From the human T2T-CHM13v2.0 reference genome, Homo sapiens: a stretch of 64,000 nt of DNA. The position numbers were made by a program, and so were the translations under genes. This document shows, piece by piece, positions 29,911 through 43,760 of this stretch (positions are counted from its first letter, which is position 1; each line of letters starts with the position of its first letter). The DNA lies in the NCBI RefSeq assembly GCF_009914755.1, contig NC_060927.1; one strand, written 5' to 3'. Under the pieces are notes generated by a model. It searched no databases and was not told the DNA's origin. It saw nothing but the letters and a program-made list of their open reading frames with translations.

Positions 29911-31302
29911 CTATTTGAACCTAGGGTGCTGTTTTGGACCAGGAACCCTGGCTTCTCCTGGACGGAGCTGCTCATAATAACAGTCTCCTTTACCAGTACC
30001 TCCTTCTCACTGGAAGTCCTGACCTGCCACCTCAGCTTTGCAGCGCCTGGTGGGTAAACTCTTGTCCCCTCTCCGTGGCTCTGGTCAAAGTTACCTTCAT
30101 TTGTGAGGTCTTCTCAGAACCCTCAGGCACAGTTAAATTGATCACACACTGACCACATGGAGTACACTCCCAGCACTGAGACACGACAGTGAAAAACACA
30201 GAGGCGGTTCCTCTCTGTCTCGAGCCTGAAGCCTAGTGGGACAAGGAACAAGCAAAGAAAGAAACAAAATTTTTAGAGCTTCTGGTAATTGCAAAGAAGG
30301 AACTAGCCAGTATGATGTGATAGAGAATAACTCTGGGGCAGGGCAGTGCAGTGGTCAGGCAAGGGGAGGTGGCATTTATTCTGAGACCTAAAGAGCAAGC
30401 AGCAGCCAGTCTTGCCCTAAGCTGGGAACACAGATTTCTGGAATAAGGAATAGCTTTTCCCTGCTGGGGAAAGAAAGAACTTGGCATGTTCCTCATGATC
30501 AGAAGACCAGGCCGGAGCAGAGGGAGTGGGCAGGATAGGGGAGGAAGAGGCATGGCAGTCAGAGGGAGGCACAGGCCTTGATCCTCTGTGAACCCAGCTG
30601 CTTGTGTGGTAGTGAGAATATGACTCGTTACCATTTACTGAACACCTACTATGTGCCAGGCACTTTCTATAAACTCTGTCATGTAATCCTCATTCTCCCA
30701 GCCACCCCTACCCATACACAGTGTCTCTCTTCATGCTCTTGTCTTGCCTATTGTCGCTCTCTGCAGGTTTGTTTCCCTGCCCACCCCACCCCATTAGACT
30801 GTAAGCTCCTCTGTAAGACATTCAGTCCCCCAGCATGCAGCACCAAAACACAGGGCTGTCATGCCTGCGGAGTTTTAGTCCTCACTTGGTCTTGAGCAAT
30901 TACAATTTGGGGGATCAGTGACAGAAATTGATGCTTTCAGATAAAGTTCCTAGAAACATACTAGGCACCTGGATGTGATGGTTTAAGAAATAACTCAGTT
31001 GCACTGGTAGCACACTCAGAAGTATTATTTAGGCCAGCTCGTTCTTTGGAACTATGCACAGGGGCTAATCTCACCCCTTTGTGTGTTAGTGTCTACTGCA
31101 GGGGGTGACAGGCCCAAACTTGCCCCCAGATAGAAAGATGTGCTCTAGACAGGCCATAGGGACCATGCTGCAGGAAGCAGGAATGAGCCCATTCCATTCA
31201 ATACACTGTCACTGGACACCTACTATGTGCGTGACTGTGTGGCAGATGTTCTACTGGACATAAAAACGAATTCAGTGTCCCATGCTCTTTAGTTGGAATA
31301 TT

Positions 31303-31410
31303 GCAGGGTTGAGCAGGTGCAATGTTGTAATAGAGGTAGCAGGCCTGAGCGTGTGCAATGTTGTAATAGAGGTAGCAGGGCTGAGCGTGTGCAATGTTGT
31401 AATAGAGGTA
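31303..31410 (+). repeat. 36-bp minisatellite x3
   Basis: Three contiguous units of consensus GCAGGGCTGAGCGTGTGCAATGTTGTAATAGAGGTA. Confidence 0.97.
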
Positions 31411-33059
31411 CAAGCAACACAGGGATAGGGAGAAGGTGATCCACATTGCAGGGGCCTAATTACAGGGGGCCCTGAATGCCAAGCCAAGACTTGGAAAATT
31501 AGAAGGTAAGTAATGGAAGAAGCGAGAATCACAAACGTGGCTTTCGTTTTTGTTTTTTTAAGTACTCTTTTCTTAAAGAAGGAAATTGTAAATGTTCTGT
31601 TTTGAAAGGACTATTCAGGGATAAAGTACAGAAAACAACTGACAAGGGGTTCAGAATAATAAGAAAGGAGCATGGCCAGGGGAAAGCATTTGGGGCCAGG
31701 AGTGGGAGACGATGTGGTGATAGGGGCTTGGGGTGGCTCACCCCATCTGTAGTGTGAACAAACCTGAGGCTAAGAAAGGGAGGGGTCACAGAAACCTACT
31801 GAGGTGCTGAGGTATAGGTGGGAGGCGGGGCAGGGCTGGGACTCTTACTGTGGACGTGTCAATCAAAGCTGACCAGCCTAAGACTCTAGAAGCCAGAAAC
31901 AATGGAGCTACCACTATGAAAGGAAAAATACTAGCCTTAAGTTGGAATTGGGTTCCAGTCCAATTCCTTGCCATTGATTTACTATGTAACTTGGATCAAG
32001 TCACTTCACTCTGTGAACCTATTTCCTCCACTGAACAATGGTGATTACAGCCTCCAGATCTCATGTTGTGATAGATAACAAAGGCATGTGAAGGCCCCTT
32101 TCATTGAATCTGAGAATCCGAGGCCTTTCTCCAGGTGTTCAGTTGGAATCAGTCTCTACTTCCTTCTCACATGTACCCATCCCTGTGTCCCTGCATGAGC
32201 TTAGGCAAAGGACAGGCTTTCAACTCCGTGATTCCTAAAAGTCCCCCTTGCTCTAAACTTGTAGGTTTCTATGACAAAGTTGGATTTTGTTGGATCAAGT
32301 TAACTCAGATCTACAGAGCACCCAAATGAATCCGTTTCATAAGGAAAATCATAGATCTATAAATAATAGGGCAGTGTTGCATATTTACACATACCATATT
32401 GGGTCTGGGTAGATGGTGCAATCTATTTTGGTCCGATTTTCAAGTTACAATGTTACTTATTGCTTAATGGCAGACAGTAATGTAAAGGGAATTATGTTAC
32501 TATAGCCATTAAAAGTGGGCTATTTATAGCTTCCCTTCTGCAGGTCTTCTCACCATTCTCAACTTGAAATTTCCTTCACTGAATTTATCACAGCCAACTG
32601 AGATGGTTTATTTTGAAAGTGGAACACAGAGAAAAGAGAGAGCACCACCCAGAAAAAGGGGCAGGATCAAAGAGGCCACCAGACAATTTTCCAGGCTTGT
32701 TTGAAAGCCAACAGCAGCCCCTTGAAGGAACTCTGGCCTCAGGATGACAAAATAAATAGTGACCTTGCATCAGGGCTCGCTGGGTTGGCCTGGCACTTTC
32801 TGTGCAGGGAACCTTGGTTTCCAAATGAGTGAACTATGTTTGCCTTCCACCGCAGGGACTGGAATGAGTTAGATTCAGAGGTTCTCCTGCTTTTTAAATC
32901 ATCAAATCAGAGTTCAGGGATCTAAAATTGATACAAGATGATCTCAATGTCAAGGGTACAGTTAATTTTTACAACAAATGCTTCTACCTGGAGAATCTAT
33001 AACATGCTTCTGTTGGACTGGAAGGCAATTTTAGAATAGAATGCCTAGGTTTATAAAGG

Positions 33060-33402
33060 TGCCTTAGTCCATTCAGGCTGCTTTAACAAAATACTACAAG
33101 CGAGGTGGCTTATGAACAACAGGAATTTATTTCTCACAGTGCTGGAGGCTGGGAAGTTCAAGATCAAGGAGCCAGCAAACTTGGTGTCTGGTGAGGACCC
33201 ACTCTCTGGTACAGAGGTGGTACCTTCTAGCTGTGTCTTCACATGGTGGAAGAGACCAGGCAGCTCTCTGGTGTCTCCTTAATAAGGGCATTGATCCTAT
33301 CCCAAAGGTGGTGATCTAATCACCTCCCAAGGGCCCCACCTCCTAATATCATATTGCTGATTGAATTTCAATACAGAATTTGAGGTGGGGGGGCACAAAG
33401 CA
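33060..33402 (-). mobile_element. MLT1A-type MaLR LTR
   Basis: CTTAGTCCATTCAGGCTGCT...TTTATTTCTCACAGTGCTGGAGGCTGGGAAG...TAATCACCTCCCAAGGGCCCCACCTCCTAATA. Confidence 0.85.
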
Positions 33403-33596
33403 AAATGCCATCCTCACATTAATAGAGAGGAAGAAAGGCAGGCCTAAGGACCTAGAGGGGAAAGGTTACATCTCAGGAAGAGAAAGCGAGAGAGAGGAAC
33501 TCCCAGGGAAAATTGTTGGATCTCTTTGAATGAAGTGTGGTCTTAATCCACAGGTCTACAAGGACTCCAGAACTCTCCAGGAGTGATGAAAGATGG

Positions 33597-34040
33597 TGTC
33601 TTAGCCTGGGTTTCTGCAACAAGCAGAGCCTAGCACAACATGGTGGTTTACTTTGAAAAGTGATCCCAAGAAACAGGAGTGAGAGGCTCGGAAGAGTCAA
33701 ACGGAAAGAGGACAAGCCAACCAAGGTAAATTATTGAGCTGGTCAGGCCAGTGAGAAACTGGAGCTCGATACCGCTGGGGACCCCTAGCAAGCTGTGAGG
33801 GATGACCCCATGGATCACAGGTCATCCCGGGGGTTGTTAACCCTCTCCCACAGCCAGGTTTCCAAACATATCACAATGACAAAATGAGTGTCCTCAGCAT
33901 CTCACATCATGGTGGCAGAGGAGCCCCTGAGCAGAAAGTGGGAGGAGTGAGAAGCTGGGATCTGTTGCAGCTGATGCCAGGACATGGCTGGGGAGAAGGT
34001 GGGCAGGAGGATGAAAGGCAGGCTGCAAGGTACCCCATTA
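33597..34040 (-). mobile_element. Old ERVL LTR (LTR16/LTR33-like)
   Basis: TGTCTTAGCCTGGGTTTC...AAGCAGAGCCT...GTGATCCCAAGAAACAGGAGTGAG. Confidence 0.55.
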
Positions 34041-34356
34041 GTAAGTGAGAGACATTAGCACTCAGCCTCACGCAAGGGTAAACTCACCCAGTCCAGCCTG
34101 GACTCCCAGCTCAGAGACGAAGAGCTAGTCTAATCTTATTACTTAATATTGTTAGAAGATTCTGGAAAGACAGTTTTCTTAGAAAGGAGGAGAGCATGGG
34201 CAGAAAGAAAGAAAAAAAAGAAAAGATGGAAAAAGGAAGGAAGGAAGGAAAATTGCTAGAACCTCGGGCAGATGCTTTTTTCTAGCTAGCTTTTTTCTTC
34301 TTTAAAAAAAAAAAAACACGGAGTTTTCTTTTTGTAGTATTGAAAAATGAATTTAT

Positions 34357-34679
<323 letters not shown>

Positions 34680-35304
34680 TTATTTAAACACTTAAGACAG
34701 AATATAGAATGAATAAATTTCTCTCCTATCCCAGATCCCAGTCTCTCTCCCCAGAGGTAATTACTGCTACGAGTTTCTTGTGTATTCTTCCAGAAATATT
34801 TTTATGCATATTAACACATGTGCATATTTCCTTTTAAAATTACAACAAAAATAAACAAATTGTAGACCTTTTTCATTTCCTGCCCCCTCCCCCTGCTTTG
34901 AGGATTGCCTCATATAACCTTATGTAAATCTACCTCATTGAAAAAATTCCTTTATAATACTCTGTTAGAAGGACTTGCCTAATTTATTTAACGAGTTTCC
35001 TTTTGATGGATAGGTAGGGTATTTTTTTCCCTTTTATTTTCATTGCTAACAATGATGTGTTGAATATTCTTGTTTGCTCTTTTCTGTACAAATCTCTAAG
35101 AGTATTTGTAGAATACATTTCTAGGAGTGAAACTGTGAAAAAAAACTATGTACAGGTAAGCTTTTAGGAAAGATTGCCAAGTTACTCTTCAAGGGTTCTC
35201 GCAGATTTATGCTTCTACCCCAGGGAGGAGAGCGCCTGCTGGTGTCCTCCGCTTCTTCACATTGTGTGACCTTTATGAATCTAGTAGGTAAAAAATGAAC
35301 CTTA

Positions 35305-35597
35305 GGCCGGGCATGGTGACTCACACCTGTAATCCCAGCACTCTGGGAGGTCAAGGAGGGAGGATTGCTTGAGGCTGGGAATTTGAGACCAGCCTGGGCA
35401 ACACAGTAAAACCCATTTCTACAAAAAAAAAAAAAAAAATTAGTCGGGTTTGGTGGCATGTGCCTATAGTCCTAGCCACTCAGGAGGCTGAGGCAGGAGG
35501 ATACCTTGAGCCCAGAAGCTTGAGGCTGCCGTGAGCCATGATCATGCCACTGCACCCCAGCCTGGCAACGGAGCAAAACTCTGTCTCAACGAAAAAA
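35305..35597 (+). mobile_element. Alu (AluJ-like) within an old minus-strand L1 fragment
   Basis: GGAGGATTGCTTGAGGC, GAGCCATGATCATGCCACTGCAC; degenerate TSD AAAAAATGAACCTTA/AAAAAGTGAACGTTA. Confidence 0.92.
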
Positions 35598-36159
35598 GTG
35601 AACGTTATTATTTTAATGTATGTCTACTTAATTATGAGTGATTGTCAACATTTTATCATGCATTTATAAACCAGCTATTTTTCACTTTCTGAGACTGCCT
35701 GTCTCAGAGCCAAGATAACAGATAAACACAACGTTCTGTGTATAGGCTGTGCCTGGGTGCATCACGATTCACCTAAAAATCACCACTGAAATCCGCAGCA
35801 GGCAATTGTGCCAGACAACAGGTGATGACGGGGGCAAACACGACTCAGCTTCTGCCTGCAGCATCTACAGTCATGGAAGGAGACCTCCGGTAACCCAGTG
35901 ATTGAAATAACGCATTTAAGTGCCACAAGGGGAACTAAGAGTGCCACCCAGCAGGGGCGAGTCACCTGACCCGGGGTGTCCAGGAGACAGCATGGAGGAA
36001 GCCATCTGCCCACTGAGACTAGGAGGGGGATCTCAAAGTTACAAAGCAAAGGGGCTGGGGCAGAGACCATTCACAGTAGCAGGAGGAAGACTGCTGAGGG
36101 GACAGACAGAGGGTGAGTGTGGGGTAGGGGTGAGGCAGAGGAATGAGGAGAAGAGGGGA

Positions 36160-36256
36160 GTGGTGAGCCATCCAGTTTGCCAAGGACTAAGGAGAATTCA
36201 GGACTTCAGTGCTAAAATCAGGGAAGTCCCTTGCTAACCTGGAAAAGCGAGTCCCA
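36160..36256. mobile_element. MER94-like hAT-Blackjack MITE
   Basis: CCAGTTTGCCAAGGACT...GGACTTCAGTGCTAAAATCAGGGAAGTCCC. Confidence 0.6.
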
Positions 36257-37215
36257 CATAGAGCTGCTTATCAACCCTGCTGAGGATTTCAGACTTTATC
36301 TTAAAGGGCATAGTGACCTATCAGAGTTTTCAGTAGGGAAGTGATGCATACAGAGTTACATTTTCCAAAGGTCAGCGTGGTAGAGTCTGACATGGACGGG
36401 GCAAGGGGGCAGCGTGGCAAGGCTGGAGGTGGAGAGACCAGCTGGGTGGCAGTTTGCAGTAATACCAGCGAGAGAGGATGGTGCCTGGAACAGTGATATT
36501 GGCAATGGAGACAAAGATCAGCTGGATTTAGGGGCTGACTGCTGTGAGTGCTGCTGTTCTCTGAGGGGAGTGGGAGGACCCTTTCAGGGGAGGAGTGGTG
36601 TCAGAGGAGGGAGTTGATAAGTTGAGAACCCACCCTGTGGACAGGGAGGACCTGAGAGATAGCCAAGTCATTATGTGCAAGAGGCCGTTTGATATCTGGA
36701 TCTGCAGTTCAGAAGAGAAGATCTGGTGGAGATAAAATCTGGGGCAATGTCACCTTTAAAATGCTAACTGAGGCCCCATTGATGCAGATAAGAACACCCA
36801 AAAGTGTCCAGGAAAGTCTGATTCAGGGCTGCAAAGATAATGTCATTAATTAAAAATAAAAACTGCATTTACAAAAGTTCAAAATAGTTTGGTTTAGAAT
36901 AACAACTTAAAAATTATTTAGTAGGTGGTCTTTTATGAACGTGTATTTTAACAGACACGTAACTGCTGTAGTGTGTGTGGGGGAAGGGGTCAAAGATTGA
37001 TCAGAGGGTCTCCGAGGCACCTTCAGACCACACGCTCTGGGCAGGAAGTTTGTCCTTTCTGTCTGCTCAGGCCCACAGTGTCAGGAGGGAAATTCTGAGG
37101 CCTGAGGCCTCAGAACACAGCTCACACACTATCCTCAGCTGCCCAGGCCAGGAGGCTATTTGCCCAAGGTCACTCGACTGGTCCAACAGGAGAACTCGGA
37201 TTGTAGAACCATAGT

Positions 37216-37704
<489 letters not shown>

Positions 37705-37788
37705 TCACTCAGCAGCTCCATACACTTCTCACCTCACAAAGGACGCACCTGAGGCTGGGCAGCATGGTACCCGCTAAGGGAAGGCTAG

Positions 37789-37903
37789 GCTGATTTTACT
37801 CCACCCAAAGGGAAAGAGGGCTCTGCCATTCTTTGATATGAGGAACGCTTGCACAGCAAAGAATGGCAGAGCCTTCTTTCCTGTTAGGTGGAGTAAAATC
37901 AGC
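37789..37903. repeat. Long inverted repeat / hairpin (47-bp arms)
   Basis: 37789-37835 vs reverse complement of 37857-37903: 43/47 identical. Confidence 0.95.
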
Positions 37904-38079
37904 TCCTTTAGCTTTTCTGAGTAGTTTCATACACAGTATCCCACTGATGGAGATGAAGATCATATCCAAAGTTCCATAGCTAATATATGGTCAAGATGAG
38001 AGTTGAATCCAGATTTTTCTCATTTATTTCATCATCCATTTAACAATTACCATTACCTGGGCAGCTACTAAATGCCTTG

Positions 38080-38640
38080 TGCTCTGTGAGGCTCAGGACA
38101 CAAAGCAGAGTGGGATTCTCAGCCACCCTGCCGGTCACTGAAACACCTTCCTCTCTCTGCTCAGGTAGGACACTCATGCGGTACCACCCTTCCTGAGGAC
38201 ACCTTCCTTCCATTGCCTGGACAGCAGCATCCTGCCCTGGGCCACCCTCCATGTGGATGCCCTTCCCACTTCCCCAGGGCACTGACTCCAAGCGCAAGGT
38301 GCCCTTGCAATAGACACTCTCCTCACCCCTCTAGTTCTGCCATCCTGCCCTGGGCCACCTTCTGTGTAGACCCCTCCTCGCCCCACTGAGGGTCTGAGTC
38401 TCCGTGCCAGGACATCCTCCCTGGACAGGACCCCCTTCGGACCCTGCTTTGGTCTCCGACACATGCTGGGCTGCCCCCTCCTATGTTGGCACCCTCCTCG
38501 CTCCACATGGGCAACCTCACACTGGACCACCGCCCTTGTGTGAGCCTCTATCTCACCCCGGTGGACTCCACCCTCCTGCTCTGGGCACGCTACTTCCTCC
38601 CCACTCAGCTACAGAGGCCTGCCTTGCTCTACCTTACCTA
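38080..38640. mobile_element. C-rich internally repetitive element, possibly L1MC4a-like
   Basis: Exact 19-bp repeat CATCCTGCCCTGGGCCACC at 38228 and 38341, recurring CCCTCCTC units. Confidence 0.4.
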
Positions 38641-39972
38641 ATGGCTTCTGAACAGAATTTTCTAGAAGGGAGAGGAAGAAGCATCGAGCTGGTTCTCTTG
38701 GCCTGTTCCTGGATCCCATCCTTCTCCTTTGTTCCCGGCTCCTCCATTCTCTAGGAATCTCAATCTCTTCCGGCATTGCTGAGTTCTCAAGGTAGGTGAG
38801 GTTTTTGCTGGCTTCCTGCAGGGCTTCCTCTGTCTCCTACCCCATTCCTGCACCATCTCTGATGGCCTGGAGCTCTCCAAGGGCCAAAGCCATGTGGGTT
38901 CTGCGGGAAACTCTGGAAGAATGCCTCTGCTCAACATCTTACTTCGTCACAGTTGGCCAGAGAATTCCCCAATCAGTGTGCTGCCTGGGCTCCATGTTTC
39001 ACGGAGTTTGGAGTCAAACAGCTTTTACAGGATGCCTGTAGCAGCTCTGCTCTCACCCTCCTCCTTCCCTCCACAATCTGGATTGGGAGACAAACCTGAC
39101 TGGCAGACAGCGCCATGCATGTGGGATTTCCTCCCATATCCCAGCTTAGGCCTTGCACTGACCAATTCAAGCTTATAGTGCCCTCATTCCTGTCCTCTTA
39201 AAATAATTAATCTCCCTGGCTCTCATACAAACAAACTTCTGGTTGCCCACCACCACCCATTCTAGACCTTTTAAAAGCCCAATTGTGGGCACAGCTTGGG
39301 CTTACGAGGGACGTCCTTCAACTATCTGGCTGAGCATGCTTCTCTTACACTGTTCTCCCTCCCCTCAGTGTGCCCTGTGTGCCAAAGCAGCGTCCATGTT
39401 TTGTTACCCACCCGTTGACTAAGACCTCTGTGATACCGAGGCCTGAGGAGCTGCGAGCCCCCATGGCAGAGGCAGGCAAAGGCCCATCTGCTAAAACTCA
39501 GGTCCACGTGCAACCTCAAAAGCACCCTGGAACACCTTTTCCTTCCATCTCTCTTAGGTTTTAGCCAGCCAGGAGGAAATTAGAATTTTTTTTCCCATTT
39601 TATGATGAGTTATGGAAGAATTAGGTAAAGGAACATTTAAGCTCCCTACTGCTGGGAAACTTGTCTATGGTGAGAGATTTATCAGACCTGGGTGTGTCAC
39701 CAGGGGAGGCTAGGAAACCTCATTACTGAATATAGAGCCCCAGACCAGGTCTTGGAGACTCTATCATTGATCCAGATAACCCAACTCTGCTTTTTCACTT
39801 GCCATCCTTTTAAATTCCCAAATCCTAACTCAAATGCATAGGCTGTCTTTCAAAGAGCAATGACAAGAGAAAGGCATGCACGCTGCGTATGAGAGGGGAG
39901 GGGAGGTTCCTGCGGCAGAAGAAGCAAGGTGAGGCACAAGTAACACTGACCGAAATAGAAAGAGCATGACTC

Positions 39973-40283
39973 AGCTGGGCGTGGTGGCTCGCACCTGGAA
40001 TCCCAGCACCATGGGAGGCCAAGGCGGGCAGATCACCTGAGGTCAGGAGTTCAAGACCAGCCTGGCCAATATGGCAAAACCCCATCTCTACTAAAAATAC
40101 AAAAATTAGCTAGGCGTGGTGGCGGGCACCTGTAATCCCAGCTACTCGGGAGGCTGAGGGGGAGGATTGCTTGAAACCAGGAGGCAGAGGTTTCAGTGAG
40201 CTGAGATTGTGCCACTGCACTCCAGCCCAGGCAACAGAGCAACACTCCATCTCCAAAAAAGAAAAAAAAGAACAAAAGAAAAA
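39973..40283 (+). mobile_element. Alu (AluS-like)
   Basis: Full dimer; TSD core ATGACTC. Confidence 0.93.
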
Positions 40284-40644
40284 GTATGACTCGACAGCCT
40301 TGGCATTGGGCAGGCATTCAGCCCCATGTTAAGGACCCTTGGACCTTTTGGAGTCCAGAGAGTGACTCACCCCTGACCAGGGGCAATCCTACTCTCAGCT
40401 CCAACAGTGTTCTTCTGACTCACGGGTACCCCAACCACACTTGGCACTAAAGTTCTGGCTCATGAGAACAGGAAAAAGGAGAAGCAGAGGCATCATATGC
40501 TCCCAGGCATCATTCTGTGGGGTATGCCAGTCTTTGCAAATTCTTGGACAGAACAGCATGCAGGGAGAGGGGCACAAACACGTTACATCGGGTTTCCTGT
40601 GTACCATCTTGCTCTTGCGGCATCATTGTCCAAGTCCCTCCAGT

Positions 40645-40838
40645 AGTGCTAGCCGACTGAACTTTCTGCAATGATAGACATGTCCTAGAGTTGAACTGTC
40701 CAGCAGGGTGGCCGTGAGCCATCTGTGACCACTGAGCACCTGAAATGAAACTAGTGTGGTTTTCTTTAGTTCTAAGTAATTTATATTTACATACATACAG
40801 CCACATGTAGCCAATGACTACTGGATTGGGCAGCACAG
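40645..40838. mobile_element. MER3-like hAT-Charlie element
   Basis: GAACTTTCTGCAATGAT...ACTGAGCACCTGAAATG...AGCCACATGTAGC...TTGGGCAGCACAG. Confidence 0.7.
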
Positions 40839-41353
40839 CCCTTGATGATGCCCGGCTCTGTCGGGCACCATCATCTCATTCAGGCATTGTGAGTAATGGC
40901 CTAAATTCCTTGGGATGACAAAAGCGAGGTTTGTCTGGGAGTATGAAAAGACGCTTCTCTGCCTCGTTTCATGCTTTCTTACAGGGTCGCAGAGAGGGCA
41001 GCTTCTGCCATTACTTTTTTTTTTTTTTAACTACCTCTGTGTTTACAGCTCTCTACTTTCCACTGAGCCTGTGAGTCCAGCAGGGACTGGGGTTGGGATG
41101 CAGTTTTCAGAGACCTGTGACTACACCTTTGTTACTGGATAGACTCCTCAGCCCTGGATCAGCCACAGCCCTCTCCCAGGAAGCCCCTCAACTCTCTGCT
41201 ATTACCCTTCTCCAAGGCCTGAAAACAGGACTCTCTCTTCGAGAAGATCACAGACCCTTGAGAAGATACAGAAATTCTCTGCTCGGCCCAAGTCAAAATA
41301 AAATGACTGAATAGGCCAGGGCAGCACAGACGAGAGAGGAGTTTTCTCTGGGG

Positions 41354-41536
41354 CAGTGGTTCTCCAAGTGTAGTCACTGAGCAAGCAGCAGCAGAGTCAG
41401 CTGGGAACTTGTGGGACATACAGATCCTGGAGCCCCACCCAGACTACTGAAGCAGAACCTCCTGGGGTGGCGCTGGCAATCTGTATTTTAATAAGCCCTC
41501 CTCATTCTGATGTCCTCTAAAGTGTGAGAACCACAG
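41354..41536. mobile_element. MER5A
   Basis: Termini CAGTGGTTCTC...GAGAACCACAG; internal GCCCCACCCAGACTACTGAA. Confidence 0.85.
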
Positions 41537-41912
41537 CTCCAGAATACTGCAGGGCAGTGACGGGTGGAGGAGAAGGAGTAGGGCTGACTTCTCAGAAGAG
41601 TCCCGAAGACCTTGTCCTTGAGTCTGCAGAGAAGTTCACCAGGCAGACAAAGAAAGAAAGAGCAAGCCCAGGCATACCCACAAGTACCATCTGAGCTCTG
41701 CATACCTTCTGATATATGTTTAATAATCTTGGAATAACAATTGTATTGATATTATGTTGTTTAGAGTAAGTGGCAATGTATTCTTTGAAGAGTTAAAACT
41801 GTTTTCTGTGTTTAGAAAAGTTCTCACTTGAACTTAATTTTGTGTTCTAAATTTAACTAAGGATTATTTTTATACAAACTTTTGAAAGCTTACTAAATTT
41901 ATCTGATTAACT

Positions 41913-42944
41913 TGTTAACAGTAGGTAGTTAGGCAGACATAAGCAGGGCAGACCCCCACCCCCACCCCAGGAACGTCAGACAACCATCAGGTGATGGTCA
42001 GGAAGTTGTTCCACTGCTCCCTAAAATAATAACTGATCGCACCCAGCACCAGGGAAAGGCAGTCTCCCAATAGATAGAAAACACCTGGCCGGGCACGGTG
42101 GCTCACGCCTGTAATCCCAGCACTTTGGGAGGCCCAGGCGGGCAGATCACGAGGTCAGGAGATCAAGACCATCCTGGCCAACATGGTGAAACCCCGTCTC
42201 TACTAAAAATACAAAAAAATTAGCCAGGCGTGGTGGTGGGCACCTGTAGTCCCAGCTACTCAGGAGGCTGAGGTAAGAGAATGGCGCAAACTCGGGAGGT
42301 GGAGCTTGCAGTGAGCCAAGATCACGCCACTGCACTCCAGCCTGGGCAATAGAGTGAGACTCCATCTCAAAAAAAAAAAACAAAGAAAAGAAAAGAAAAG
42401 AAAACACCCGAACCTGGTAGGCAGCAGCTTCCCGATAAGATCTCAGGAGTTGGGCGAGTGGGCTCAAGCATGTGCATTGAGAGGTAAAACGATGGACTTC
42501 ATTTAACTGGTATGTGACCTTCATCTAGGAACCCTAGACTGGTAAGGGAAAAATGCCTCCAAGGAGCATGCACTCGACCTCAGTAAACACCGCACACGCG
42601 GCCCCTCCCAAGTGCTGGCAGGCCCACTGCACATGCAGACAGTCCGCCCCAAGAGAAAAATCAGGGGAGAACAGACACACCCCACTGGAAGCAGGCCAAA
42701 CTATACAACCCTAAGTCAAAAGTCAAACAGCACATTTGAATCTCTCAAGTCACCCACTTGGCCCTCTTCCAACTGTACTTTACTTCCTTCTATCCCTGCT
42801 CTAAAACTTTTTAGTAAACTTCCACTCCTGCTATAAAACTTGCCTTGGTCTCACTTTGCCTTATGTCCCCCGGTCAAATTCTTTCTTCTGAGGAATCAAG
42901 AATTGAGGTTGCTACAGACCTGTATAGATTCATTGCTGCTAACA
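41913..42944 (+). mobile_element. MER50 (ERV1) solo LTR, interrupted by an Alu
   Basis: TGTT...AACA termini; GTAGGTAGTTAGGCAGACAT and CAGCTTCCCGATAAGATCTCAGGAGTTGGGCG; 4-bp TSD AACT at 41909-41912 and 42945-42948. Confidence 0.88.
42087..42398 (+). mobile_element. Alu (AluY/Sc-like) inside MER50
   Basis: Full dimer; TSD AGAAAACACC. Confidence 0.95.
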
Positions 42945-43529
42945 AACTCATCCAACCTCTTTCTTTGATTCCTTTAAAGAAAGCATATAGCTTTTAACCA
43001 AAACTTCCACTCAAAGAAGTCAAAGATGGATAGCTAGGATACTGCTTGTTTAATAATCCTCATCTCTTGGACATTTATTTTCTCTATTAAACTTATTTCT
43101 CCAGCAATTCACCCACCTTCCCTCTTGCTCCCACCCCACATACACTTCCTGGCTTTGAAAAGGAAAGCAGATAGGCAAACTGGTTAAAACTGCACTAAGT
43201 AAAGGATGAAACTCTAAGCAAGAGACTTTCTTCCCTAAGCATGCTTTCTTGCATGAATGCTACTCTGAAATTTCATTATTTAGTGAAGAATGCACAGGTG
43301 TATGGTCAGACAAATAAAGGCTGCCTTTTGCTAGCTAGTCATTAAACTCTCTGTCCACATTTCCTAGTGGCTGTAACATGAGGCTAAGGATATGTGGTAG
43401 GGGTTCAACGACACCATAATGTATAAAATAGCTGGCACTTAATAAACACTTACTAAGTGTTTGTTTCTACCTTTTCTTCCTTCTTCCAAGGTAATAGTGG
43501 TACATGACGAGCCCAGGCTCTGACCTAAA

Positions 43530-43760
43530 ATAACTTGACAGCTGGATTTGAATCCAGTCTGCCACTTACTGGCCATGTGACCTTGGGTAAATTATCGAAA
43601 TTATTCTCTACATCTCAGGTTCCTCATCCTTAGACTAGAGATGGCAAAAATAGTACCTGTCACATGCTGTTGTTGTGAGGATTAAGGATCTTGATACATG
43701 CAAAGTGCACAAGAGCGCCTGCAACATAGCAAGCCCTCAATATAAGTTGGCTAGTGTTAT
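43530..43760 (+). mobile_element. MIR SINE
   Basis: TTTGAATCCAGTCTGCCACTTACTGGCCATGTGACCTTGGG...GTTGTGAGGATTAA. Confidence 0.8.

Noticed and set aside
31303-31410. 36-bp repeats of CRISPR-like length
   Set aside because: Units are contiguous with no spacers, there are no cas genes, and the context is mammalian; it is a minisatellite
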